Source: Marsupella aquatica (lineage: Eukaryota > Plantae > Marchantiophyta). Taken from it: a stretch of DNA of 64,000 bases. The notes under the pieces were generated by a model, which saw nothing but the letters and a program-made list of their open reading frames with translations, had not been told where the DNA came from and did no database searches. Positions 1-11,156 of this stretch are shown piece by piece (the first letter of the stretch is position 1; each line of letters begins with the position of its first letter). The position numbers were made by a program, and so were the translations under genes. The stretch lies in assembly GCA_973895155.1 (NCBI GenBank), contig OZ316899.1, forward strand, positions 519,573 to 583,572, read 5' to 3'.

Positions 1-913
1 GGGTAGATCGCCGTTAGGCCTGGTACCAACTTTGAAGTCGAGTCAACTATGCATGCATAACTTGACGTTCTGAATTGGAGGCGTGAGATCTGTATGTGCC
101 CCCAAGAATGAAGTGCAGTGAAGGAGGTTGAGTTCAGGATTGAGTTTGCAAGGCAAGTACGGGATTGGTTTGAGTCCAATCTGCCGTCGCAATCTGGAGT
201 GAGCCCGGCTCAGGTTCAGGATTGAGCTTGCATGGCAAGCATGGGGCTTGCGGGGCAAGCACGTCACAATCTGGAGGAGACAGCCTTCTGCCCTAGTGTT
301 CGGATCAAGTGTTCTCAGTGAACTATTGTGCACATCTTTGAATCTAATTGAGTTTTCCTCTCAGGCCTCATTTCTCTCATGGATGTGTGTGTGTGTGAGG
401 CAATTTGAGTGTATGATGGGACTAGCAGCGCCACTGAGAGGTGTACAGGGTGCATTGAAGCGGGCTGGGTGAGAACTGTCATAGCTCTGATTGCTGAGAG
501 TGGAATGGCAGAGTGGTGGGGCAATGGCTTAGAAGTCCCTAAGCCGGGAATCAGTCAGGAGTCACTGGTTTATGGGTACATTCCGGCGGCGGAATAGAAA
601 CATACCTATGACAGTAAGCATATGTATAGACCTATGCGCACCGTAGCACTAGGCCCTATGTGTACGGGCCCAATATGAAGACCCCTTCTCACCAGAACTA
701 TCATGAGCGCAGATCTGATCCCCAACCTTGGTTCCTTGGGATTGAGCTTGGGTGATGTGTGATAGAGTCTTGCTATGATAGTCTGGTGTTAAGGGCATAA
801 ATTGGTGTTTACCGGCCTTCACAACATCCCTTCGTGATCCTCAGGTACAAGGAGATGGTTTTGGCACCCATAGTGACGTTTTTGGTGTTAAGACCCATGT
901 CAATTGCGTGACA
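1..913 (+). repeat. 3' part of an LTR (family A, copy 1) inserted into the family-B LTR ORF; runs off the window start
   Basis: Aligns closely with 4632-5536; ends ...AATTGCGTGACA at 913; from 914 the sequence switches to family-B ORF sequence (CTTCATGGCCGGATCC, matching the reverse complement near 61770). Confidence 0.75.
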
Positions 914-3900
914 CTTCATGGCCGGATCCGGCTTGGAAGCCTTCGTAAGATTACCATGGCTAAAGTCGGAGGTGCCGGACTCAGACTTATTAAAATTCGT
1001 GGGATCTTGGGAACCCGAGACCAATTCCACGAGGGTGTATGGGAAGGATTTCTATCTCACTCCCCGGGTGATTGCCGAGGTGTTTGGCTTGCCGATGGGT
1101 AATAAGACCAAGGTTGATACCAGGAAGACCTTACCTGACAAGGAGTTCCGGTCGTTCCCAGGACCATCAACAAAGAATGGCTTCTTTCGGAACACCTGCA
1201 CCAACCCGCACATCGGAGAGATGATCAATTTCTTGCGGGTGACCATGCATTGTAGCTTGCCGAGGGCAGAGATCGGCAAGGCTCAGGTCTACCAGGCAGA
1301 AAAGCCAGACCCAAGTCGGGATTACAACGGGTACCTCCTCAACCAACTGAAGCTTGAAGGAGGAACAGCAGGTGATCGGCGTGGGAAGCGTGTCCCGACT
1401 TGGCTATCACATGTCGCTGTTGTGCCGGTATGCCAGAAGTCAAATCTTTGCCCCAGTTCTTCCCCTATCGGCAAGGGCACCGAAGGAAGTTCCGGAGCAG
1501 AGGCCGGCAAAAGAAGAGCCCAACCTGCCAATCCTACGATTGAGCAAGTGTTTCGGCCAAGGAAAGAAGACTTGCCGATGCAGCAATCAGGCATGCAAAA
1601 TCTGCTGAAATTGCAACGGCAACGACAACGGTACAGGACACTGCCCCAGAGGCTGGCCTAAGCCGACTCAGGAGGGAAAACCCCTTTACCAAAGCCAACG
1701 AGAGAAGGAGGCCGGAACACAAGCCGGGAGTTCGAATGTATGTGGGAGCCTCAAGCCCCGAATCGGAGGCAGAGCAGCCTAAGGCTCCTTCCCGCGAAAA
1801 GCAGAGGGAGAGGACAGCCTGGAAACCAGAGGAGGAACCAGAGCCCGTGATCTGTGAGGCCGTTTTCACGGCAGGACCAGGGGAACGGAGGGGGAAGCCA
1901 GGAGTCCAAGCAGTGGAGGAGGCGGTGGAGGACTACAGCAATGATAACTCCGGCTATGGGTTGGATCATCATGTTCCAGGAGTAAGGACCTATGACCGGT
2001 TTATCCCCACGCTTCCAAGAGTAGTTTGAGCGGACCCCACCCAGTAGAGTAGTCCCGAGTTTCCCCCACCAGAGGTTTCTCCCCTGAGCTTTGACGGCAT
2101 AAAGTAGACGGCACAAGAATTTCAGGAGCGACTTAGGGAGGAAGAGAAAGTAGCCCTGGCTAGGGAGAAAGCTTTACCAGGAGGAGATTGGCCGGAGGAC
2201 ATCAGGCGGCTTGCCGAAAAAAGAAGCAACCCTCTTGCCACCGTAGAAGAAATCCGCAAGGCGGCTTGGGAACAGAGGCCGAGGTGGTTGATACCGATGA
2301 CTTCTACTTACTCCACCTATGCTAAAGATAGAGCCATGGAGTATGGGGAGATATGTGGGGACCTGGCACTCAGCATCTTTGGGGAGGAGTTGGAGCAGGG
2401 ACCTTTTTTCCAGAGGGAGATGTTGGAGAAGCACCGATTAGAAGAAGCGGTGGCTTTGGAGAGAAGCAAGAAGGACGAGGTCATCCGGCAGCTTAGGGAG
2501 ATGGAAGCCGAGGTGGAAGACCTGCAGGCGGCCAAGAAAGCCCAAGATGAGCTGCGGATTAAGCGGCATGAGCTAAACATCATGTAAGGACAATTGGATG
2601 CCGCTCAGTCTGGCAATCAAATTATCAAAGATAAACTGACTCGGACCCAAGGAGAGTTGGTCGGCGCGGTCAAGGACAGGGAAAAGTGGAAGCAAGAGCT
2701 GAGGGACGCAGAGGAGGCCCACATAACCGCCAACAACCGGGCCATGGCGGAGACTCAAAGAAAGGAGAGGGCATTGAAAGGAGAGCTCGAGAATATCCGC
2801 GGAGCCCTTGAGCAGAAGGAGGCCGAGTTAGGTAAATCCTATCAAGGGATTATTGCGCTGCAGCAGGAGCTTGCATCCTTGACGGCCAGCTTCAAGGCCG
2901 ACGTGCGTGAGAAGGACGACCAGCTCGACCAGACTTATGCCAAGATGAATAAGATGGAGTCTGAGGTTGTAGCAGAGCTCGACAAGGAGCTAAGAGCAAC
3001 CTAGGAGGAGATGGCTACCTTAAAATTGGAATTGGAGGAAGCCAGAAAGGAGCTGCAGGAGGGACGGAAGGACCTGGAGGAAGCCCAGGAGGAGTTGGAG
3101 GAAACCACTAGGAAGATGGAGAACTTACAGCGGCGGGCCGACAACCAAACGGAGCGGTTGAAGAAACAAGCCGGAGTATTTAAGTGCTTAGCTTCATCTG
3201 GTCCAATTCCAATTGTGGGAACTCCGTTACCAGGAGGGGTACTGGCCGAAGGACAAGCCAAGACACACGCCCAGGTGCCGGAGGTAGGTAGCAAGGGGAA
3301 GGGACCAGCTACTGAAACAGGGAAGAAGAAAAAGCGGAAACCTTCTGGGTCTGGGAGTTATACGGCTCACCAAGCCGTTGTGACCCAGGAGGTCAACCCG
3401 GCACCAACCTCCGGCACGGTCACGGCAGTAGATCCACCTGTTGAAGAAGGTGGGGATGGCAAGACCAAGGCCGGGACAGCTATTGATGAAGCCGAGGTAC
3501 CGGATCCTCCACTAGAACATGTCGGGAAGGCCAAAGCCGTATCGAAGGCCGTGACCAATGCTGAGGCCGAAGCCGAGGGTGGACCCAGTCAAGCCGATGA
3601 AGAGTTGACTCAGTCCGGGGCAGGTAATCTGTCAGAGGATGGACTGACGGCAGTGGCTGCGGGGGAAGCGTTGGGGGCGTCCATTGAGGATCCGCCACCG
3701 GTGTCGTGACGGTGCAAGGGCGCCGTTCCTTTAAGGAAGGGCGGACGTGGGGGTAGGAGGCGTGAGTGGGCAGGGCGGGCTCAGATCTCCAAGTTTAGGA
3801 TTAGGATCAAGACCAGGAGACGGCCCTGACACTTAGATTAGTGGGATGGGGGATCCACTGGTAGGAGCAACACTTGTGCTCCTGCCTTGCTGTACAGTTA

Positions 3901-4611
3901 GGTAGATTACAGGTAGGATAGATTAAGCTTACGCGAAGAAGTTTTGGACAGATCCGCTGCCAGGATAAATACCTGGGCAGCGGGGAGTCTAGGGCCTCTT
4001 CTTTAGCAAGTTTTTAGTTGCACCAGCAGGGCTAGGATCAAGTAGTAAGAGAAGCTCTCGGTTAGTTATACAGTGACCCTTGTGTATATTCATGTTTCCT
4101 CATGCCTAAGAACTGAATAGAGTTGGCCTCACGGCTTAGTTCGCAGAGCTTGTGTATGAGATGTACTGTTTGTATGGCAAGTGCATGGTATAACTCAGTC
4201 AGAAGGAGTCATTTTGCTATTTGTGTGTCGCATTAACTTGTGTGAAGAGTGCCCACATCAATGAAGGGAAGTAGCAAGGGAGTGAGAGTTGGATGTGTCA
4301 AGCTGAGAGAGGTCTTAGCGACTTAACCAAGCCAATTGGGGATCATTCCGGTGGCGGAATCCAAACATACCTAATGGAAGACCAGGAGAGGAATACAAGG
4401 GAAGGGCTAGAATAGGCCGGCTAAGTATCTCATGACCCGATGAAGGATCTGTCCAGTATATGTGTGTAAAATGTTAATAGTAGTAGAAGGAGAGTTAGCA
4501 GCGTCCCATGCCGCTAAGCCGCGGAAACGGCCTCGCCGAGGATGAAACCTGCGGGAATCGGCTTGAGCAAGGGGGTTTTCTTGGGTTTGGGGAGCCATGG
4601 GACGCACCACA
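914..4611 (+). mobile_element. Partial giant LTR of Ty3/gypsy family B (copy B1), 5' part cut off by the family-A insertion
   Basis: Reverse-complement match to ~58095-61771; ends with the same terminus ...GGGACGCACCACA (4611); no PBS follows, so it is a 3' or solo LTR. Confidence 0.85.
918..3709 (+). pseudogene. Disrupted LTR-encoded ORF (PMD-like domain + coiled coil), family B
   Basis: ORFs 918-1661, 1354-1608, 1736-2029, 2288-2587, 2594-3004 and 3011-3709 are colinear homologues of 59104-62645 and 49407-52885; joined through two frameshifts and several point stops. Confidence 0.8.
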
Positions 4612-5536
4612 CCGGGCCTCATTGCAGTCTGGTGTAGATCGCCGTTAGGCCTAGTACCAGCTTTGAAGTCGAGTCAACTATGCATGCGTAACTTGCCATT
4701 CTAAAATGGAGGTGTGAGATCTGTATGTGCCCCCAAGAATGAAGTGCAGTGAAGGAGGTTGAGTTCAGGATTGAGTTTGCAAGGCAAGTACGGGATTGGT
4801 TTGAGTCCAATCTGCCGTCGCAATCTGGAGTGAGTCGGGCTCAGGTTCAGGATTGAGCTTGCATGGCAAGCACGGGGCTTGCAGGGCAAGCACGTCGCAA
4901 TCTGGAGTAGATAGCCTTTGGGCCTATTGTTCGGTTCAAGTGTTCTCAGTGAACTATTATGCACATCTTTGAATATAATTGAGTTTTCCTCTCAGGCCTC
5001 ATTTCTCTCATGGATGTGTGTGTGTGTGAGGCAATCTGAGTGTATGATGGGACTAGCAGCGCCACTGAGAGGTGTACCGAGTGCATTGAAGTGGGTTGGG
5101 CGAGGGCTGTCATAGCTCTGATTGCTGAGAGTGGAATGGCAGAGTGGTGGGGCAATGGCTTAGAAGTCCCTAAGCCAGGAATCAGTTAGGAGTCACTGGT
5201 TTATGGGTACATTCCGGCGGTGGAATAGAAATATACCTATGACAGTAAGCATACATATAGACATATGCGCACCGTAGCGCTAGGCCCTGTGTGTACGGGC
5301 CCGATATGAAGACCCCTTCTCACTAGAACTATCATGAGCACAGGATCTGATTCCCAACCTTGGTTCCTAGGGGGTGATGTGTGACAGAGTCTTGCTATGA
5401 TAGTTTGGTGTAAAGGGCATAAACTGGTGTTTACCGGCCTTCACAACATCCCTTCGTGATCCTCAGGTACAAGGAGATGGTTTTGGCACCCAATAGTGAC
5501 ATTTTTGGTGTTAAGACCCATGACAATTGCGTGACA
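4612..5536 (+). repeat. 3' part of family-A LTR (copy 2), host of the B1 insertion
   Basis: Near-identical to 1-913 and ends with the same ...GCGTGACA terminus at 5536. Confidence 0.75.
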
Positions 5537-5880
5537 CTTTGCTTGGGATCCGTCATTCAATGTTAAACGGGAGAGCTTTACAAAATTGCCAACTTGGATT
5601 GAGATGATCCCATTTTGGGCGTTGGCACTCAAAAGTTGTAGAAGGAAGATAGCTAGTGCATTGAGAATGGTGCTTTACTACATTCAAGGGGATCAATTCA
5701 ACTTGTATCCCCGTGACAGAGCCTGCATACTCTGGGATACAAACAGGGAAGTACCTGCCAGTGTACGCATCAAAATCAGGGGTGACATAGTTATCTGGCA
5801 ACCGGTCACTTTTTGAAATATCCCATACTATTGCTTTGAATGTAATTTGAGGGGTCACTTGGCAAGGAATTGCAAAGCAG
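5537..5880 (+). pseudogene. L1-type LINE ORF1 remnant (DUF4283-like region + CX2CX4HX4C knuckle)
   Basis: Translation LPTWIEMIPFWALAL...RACILWD...WQPVTF*NIPYYCFECNLRGHLARNC, typical of plant L1 ORF1. Confidence 0.6.
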
Positions 5881-7149
5881 ATTTAGAGCTTGTTGAGCGC
5901 TCATTGGTTGGAGAAAATCCAATTGACAAAAATTATGACAAATGACACTCTGAGCCAGACCACGATGAAATTCTGAAAGCAAAATTGAATGCGACAGTAT
6001 GTGAGGGCTAACTTTTGGGCTTATGCTGGCCCCCTACCACTAGCAACAATGCCTTGCACAAAGGAAGGGGATACTGCGCAGGTTGAGTTCCACTTAAACC
6101 CTTTGGTTACCTTGGGAGAGAAGGTCCCTAAATAAGACTTGATCAAATTGAACCATGTGGGGATCTTGCAGGGTGCTTTAGCAGACGCGGAGAGGCACTT
6201 AGAGAACCAGGAGATTCGCTTTGTAATGGTTGCGGTAGGGGAGGGGGAGCCCTAGGTCTTGCCCCCAAATGGTCCTAAAATGTGCCCCTTTTGGATGTAG
6301 TCCCACATTGAGCGCTAATGCACCAAGCTTTCATTGGGCCTCCATGCCTTACCCCTGCACTCAGGCCAAGAGAGGTACTTGCGGCCTGCCAAGATCTTTA
6401 AAGTTTAGCTGGTGATAAGGGAACATTTTTGTTTCACAAGGACTCTGATGCAGAGATGTCCAAATATGAAGCCTACATCTCACATAGCCAATTGAAGGCC
6501 GTAAACAAGACAGAGAAGATTGACAAATCTAATGGTGTTGCTAAGAAGTAGCGTTCACTTAAATTCTCACAAGCATACGTGTTTGCTGCAGGCGGTGGAG
6601 AGAGGAGCCCTCCACAAGGATCCATAGCTCATGAGAAAGAACCAAGGTCCAATGAGTGATTCCCCAGGGGGCTCACTTGCACCCGACCTCCTGATCTTCA
6701 ATTTACACCTAAAAAAATGTATATTAACCTTGTAGAACTTATGGCTAGCTAGAGTAAGAGGACTTTAGTCCCAACTAGGAGGGCAATTGTGGATTTTGGA
6801 TAGGTGTGGACATGAGTTTCACTTGTATGTCAATCTCTTCTGTGTGTTTGTGCCTATGTTTTGGATATGTGTGACATGCGATGTGTTTGTGTAACAATGT
6901 GTATGCACACAACAATCATGCCAACTGCACTAGAGTATCTTCTTGGGCCCTTTGTGGCCCCATTCATCTCCTTTGCATCCCACAACAATGGTGCAACCAC
7001 CTAATGATGAGGAGAATTGGTTGTAGAGCCACCACAAGAACCTCTATATAAAACCCCGTTGGTGACTTCCAGCCAAATTTTCACTCCACTCCAAGTAACA
7101 TTGGCCCATTGAGGACTATGATGCCTAATCTTGCCTAAGCTGTTACCGC

Positions 7150-8004
7150 CATCTCATCTATTATTTTTGCCAAACCATTTGACAAAATGGTGTTTTGTGA
7201 CTACCAGCTCTCGATGGCCAACCAACTGGCGGAACAGTGTTGTGTGGGAGACTTTTCTACACCATGCAACCATGATGAGACTTATAGTGTCCCATGCAAC
7301 CCTTTCTTCAAGACATAGTTGCGGGAGAACAGTGTCTTGTGGCAACCCTTTTGTGCAACCCAATCGCAAAAAAATGGTGTTCCATGGTAGACCCTTCTTC
7401 ACAATGAAGTTGCAGCGGAACAATGTTCTATGGCAGGCCTATCTCCAATATGCTCCCACAATGAATTAGTGTTTTTTGGAGATTGTTCTCCACTAGATGC
7501 ACTTGCAATGGAACAATGTTTCATGGGAGACTTTCACAACCTTCCATTGTGCAAAACACATTGCAATTCTTGGATAAAATTGTTGTTCACTAATTTGTCA
7601 TTACCTTGTGCCCTAGGTTGCCACCGCACCTCACCTTTCCACGGTGCATTACATTATCGCTGGCAGCACAATTCACCAACAACATTAACATCATTTCCTT
7701 TGCAGAAACGCACTATCCATCAACATAGAACTTGATGTAAATTAAACTTGCATCCTACAAAATCTGTTAAATACATTTAACTATTGGAGCTCCAATTACA
7801 ACAGCAAATAGTTGCACGTTTGAATGATTCCCTTTACAAAATAACAACAAATGCCCTTGGTTTGTGCACAATAGTTGACAACAACATCCGGTTGTCGATA
7901 GCAAATCACTCCTCCACAATGCTACAACCAAATCAATAGAGACTGCAATTCCAAAAATGCAAGTTATGAATTGCAACTCAAAGCCCACATTCACTCAAGC
8001 TTTC
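7150..8004 (-). pseudogene. Highly degenerate Ty3/gypsy pol remnant (RT-RNaseH connection region), continuing at ~16058-16330 across the inserted chromovirus
   Basis: Joining the two flanks gives NRLLRKLE*MWALSCNS*LAFLELQSLL, resembling L..LL.K...F.W...C..AF.EL..LL; many stops. Confidence 0.4.
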
Positions 8005-9478
8005 AGTCGTGGAACTCGACTACCTTAACACTTAGCTCCGGCGTCGCTGACTCCGACGCCGAGCTCCCTTATGGTCTAGGCCATCCGGGGAGGACTTAGC
8101 ATGGGGAGACTTGTGGGCAATGAGATGTGGCACTAGCGAGGCAAGGGGCCAAGCTGGGGACACACACTAAGGACTTGGACTAGCCTATGGCTGGTCGGGT
8201 CAAGGGGAAATGGGCCGGGCTCAAGGATGTCCATCCGGACCGTCGGATGGACTTTGAGTTCTGAGGGCTTGGGAGTGAGCTCCTCTTTGGGTCCAAGGCC
8301 AATGGAGTTGACGCCATTGGCAACGGACGCTTGGGGCACGAGTTGCGGCCCGATCCGGGTTGGGCCGGTCGAGGGCCCCGAGTGGCAATCAGACCTGAGG
8401 TCCTAGGCATGAGCACTGGGTCGGCCCAATCACAATGGGCTAAGGCACTCCGCTTGCGGATGCCTATCAAGAAAGTTATGGGCATTGCCAGTTGGTGGCG
8501 CGCCCATTATGCGCGATGGGATCCGGGTTGGGGGCCAAATGTTTAGGGACCAAAGCTGGTCCGGGGGTGGCAGGTCTCCAGAAGCATATATGAGGGGAGT
8601 GGTGTCTCCCTGGGGGCAAAGGGCGAGCCAAAGTTGTGAGCCGCGGCGGTCGCGACACTAAGGGAAACTGCCAAACGGAAATGGCAATATCTTTCCAACG
8701 GGAAGTCCGTTGGAGGACTTCTTAGGTGCGTTGGAAAGCTCTTGAGGAGGACATAGCTCAACTAGGTCTGGGGGTGCCATGGGTTCTCATGGTTTGCGGG
8801 TGCTAGCTCGCCCGCTTGCCAAATCCTGCCGAACAGCAACCAAGCCGTGTTCAGCCTCCCAAGGGAGCTTGCGTTGGGGAGGCAAGGCCAAGTAGGTATG
8901 GAGGCTGAGTCCCAAGGGCGCTTGGTCCCTAGACCATCAGTGGGGCAAACCAGGAGTGGGTGTTAGAGTCGAGGCCGTTCTGGTCCCGGCGTGTTGAGAC
9001 AAGCTTGGGACAAGCTTTAGGACAGCTATGCTATTTGGGCCATGAGCATGTCCTGAGGTCAGGGCGGTCAGTTGGTGATGGATAGGTACGAGGGGGAACC
9101 CGGGCTGCGCCCAAGGAAAGAGTTGTCCTGGACGGACAGTGGGCGTGGGCTCTAGTTCTGGCTTATGGCATCGGGAGGACCTATTGCTGACCTATTTACC
9201 AACGTCTGTTGAGCTTGAGTTAGGATACTAGACTTGACGAGTTCTAGATCTGGAGGGGTTACTTACCAAGGTGCTTGGTTGCTTGTGCAGACAGTGACGA
9301 TCGTCGAGTAGCGGTCGTGTAGGTGAGCAAGCGTGGCTTCGTATGGGAGGGGCCGCAGGTGGTGCTAGAGGCACTTGGATGCTTGCTCGAGGTATTCCAT
9401 GGAGGGGTTCGGGCACCAAGGGTACTTAGGCGCAAGTGTTGGGATTGGTGAGGGCACTGGGTGGCGAGGTTCACCACT
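8005..9478 (+). repeat. 5' LTR of family C (1474 bp), termini AGT...ACT
   Basis: Matches 15164-16052, 16833-18256 and 43523-44994; starts AGTCGTGGAACTC, ends TTCACCACT. Confidence 0.92.
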
Positions 9479-9480
9479 TG

Positions 9481-9491
9481 TGGTATAAGAG
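9481..9491 (+). promoter_or_regulatory. Primer-binding site, tRNA-iMet-like
   Basis: TGGTATAAGAG, one mismatch to the canonical TGGTATCAGAG, 2 nt after the LTR end. Confidence 0.8.
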
Positions 9492-9623
9492 TGATTGCTG
9501 GCATACACACCGGGCCGGGGTTGTGCTAAGTCAGAATCCAAAAATCTTAACGGATTTTTGCGGGGACTTAGTGCTTCAACGTGCCCGGCGGGTCGACTGC
9601 TGGCAAATTTGGTCGTTGGGAAC

Positions 9624-11156
9624 ATGGCTAAAAACACTCGATCAAAGAGTGGCAAACAGGCTCCCCCACCAAGGTGAGAGCCCAAGTCCAAGATGAACAG
9701 AAGGAGGACAGTTCGACTTCCCTAGACAAATGTTATAGGCAGGACGAAGAAGATGCAACGGCCAAACCGTCGACCGCAGCGGTGAACACGTCAAGTGCAG
9801 AGCGCCGTCAACTTAAAGGGAAGGAGGTGGCTGATCCTTCAGAGGATGGGTCGGATGACGACGACTCCGACACAGAAGGAAGCGACGACGAGGCTGAAGC
9901 CAAAACAGAGGAAGAGGGTCAGGACCCAGAGGAGAAACTGATCCCAGCCTTGAGAGGGCTGAACGTGGAACCAGAGGATGATGCCGAGCCGAACATCATC
10001 GTGGATAATTTGACCAAGCAGAACCAGGAGGACGCGGGTGATACCTCAGTCCCGGGAGGTCATGGTGCTCGCAAGACGCGGGGGGTGTCACCAAAATCCA
10101 CAAGAGAACCTAAGGACAGGCGGCCCGCAAAGGAAAGACGGTTGGAGGACCGTCCTCATACAACCCGTAAGGGCCCGGCCGCTGACAACGGTCTGGGTCC
10201 GTTGACTCAAGACCAACGACTCATCTATGAGCAGTTGGAACACAACAAGGGGGCCCAGATTAAGTACTTACTTAGTCTGGGTAGTCAGAGTGCGTCGCGT
10301 CCCGAGGGGGGAATGGTAGTTGGACGGAGTATGTTCCAAGTGAACTAGCTACCGACTCCTCCAACTTACGACGGGGCCTACGAACAAAGTGGACAAAAGT
10401 TCCTATGTTGGCTTTCCACAATGGAGATTCATCTCCAAGCGTGCATTGAGCGTTCCACTTGGGCTACCACAACCGCTCCTTACCTGAAGGACTATGCCTT
10501 GACTTGGTACAAGTCATGGAAGAAGTCACGAGAGGACTCCTCCTTGCCGTTAACTTGGGAAAACCTGGTTGAGGGTCTCCGTGCTCATGTCACCACTAAG
10601 TACCCCGAGCGGCACGCTCAGAAATGCGTAACGGAGATGAGTTTTAGAGGTGATATCCAAAAGTTCATCACTTATTACCAAAATTAGTTGGCGTGTATTT
10701 CGACGGGACAAGAGACAACTTCACAACTTTATCATGAAGCTCCCGCCGTTGCTCAGGGAAAAGTTGCAGGAAAAGCGTCATGAGTTCAAAACGCTTTCTG
10801 ACGCCTTTGACAAGGCCACTACGTTGGTGAATAACCGACCGGACTTGGCGAAGGTGGGTGGCAATGGATCCGAGGGGGAAGTTGGGAAAGCAAAAGGTCC
10901 AGGGAATAAGCGTAAGCAACCTGAGGGGGCGGGGGCCGGTGGTGCGGATCCCCAGCCCCAGAATGGAGAAGCTAAGCAAAACCGGAAGGCCGGCAACTTT
11001 AAGAAAGGAGCCTCATTGGCACAGAAAGCAAAGAAGCAGGCGACCATGGAGCAGAGGCAAGCTGAAGGTTTGTGCTTCACATGTGGCGCCATGGGCCATC
11101 AAAGTAAGGATTGTTCCACAAAAGGTGGCAAGCCAAACGGAGATGGTGGAGGGTAG
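9624..11156 (+). pseudogene. gag: gag (acidic N-terminus, retrotransposon gag core, CCHC knuckle), frameshifted
   Basis: MAKNTRSK... start; ORFs 9674-10348, 10421-10687 and 10650-11156 with CFTCGAMGHQSKDC. Confidence 0.85.

Noticed and set aside
4294-4611. Short (~320-bp) LTR for family B starting at TGTGTC after a purine-rich stretch
   Set aside because: The real PPT and TG start lie next to integrase (62760-62773), and the 4610-bp B' unit is TSD-flanked, so the LTR is much longer.
8331-8546. 71-aa ORF nearly identical in both family-C LTRs, and similar short ORFs in other LTR copies
   Set aside because: Conservation is explained by LTR identity; short, GC-rich and without motifs.
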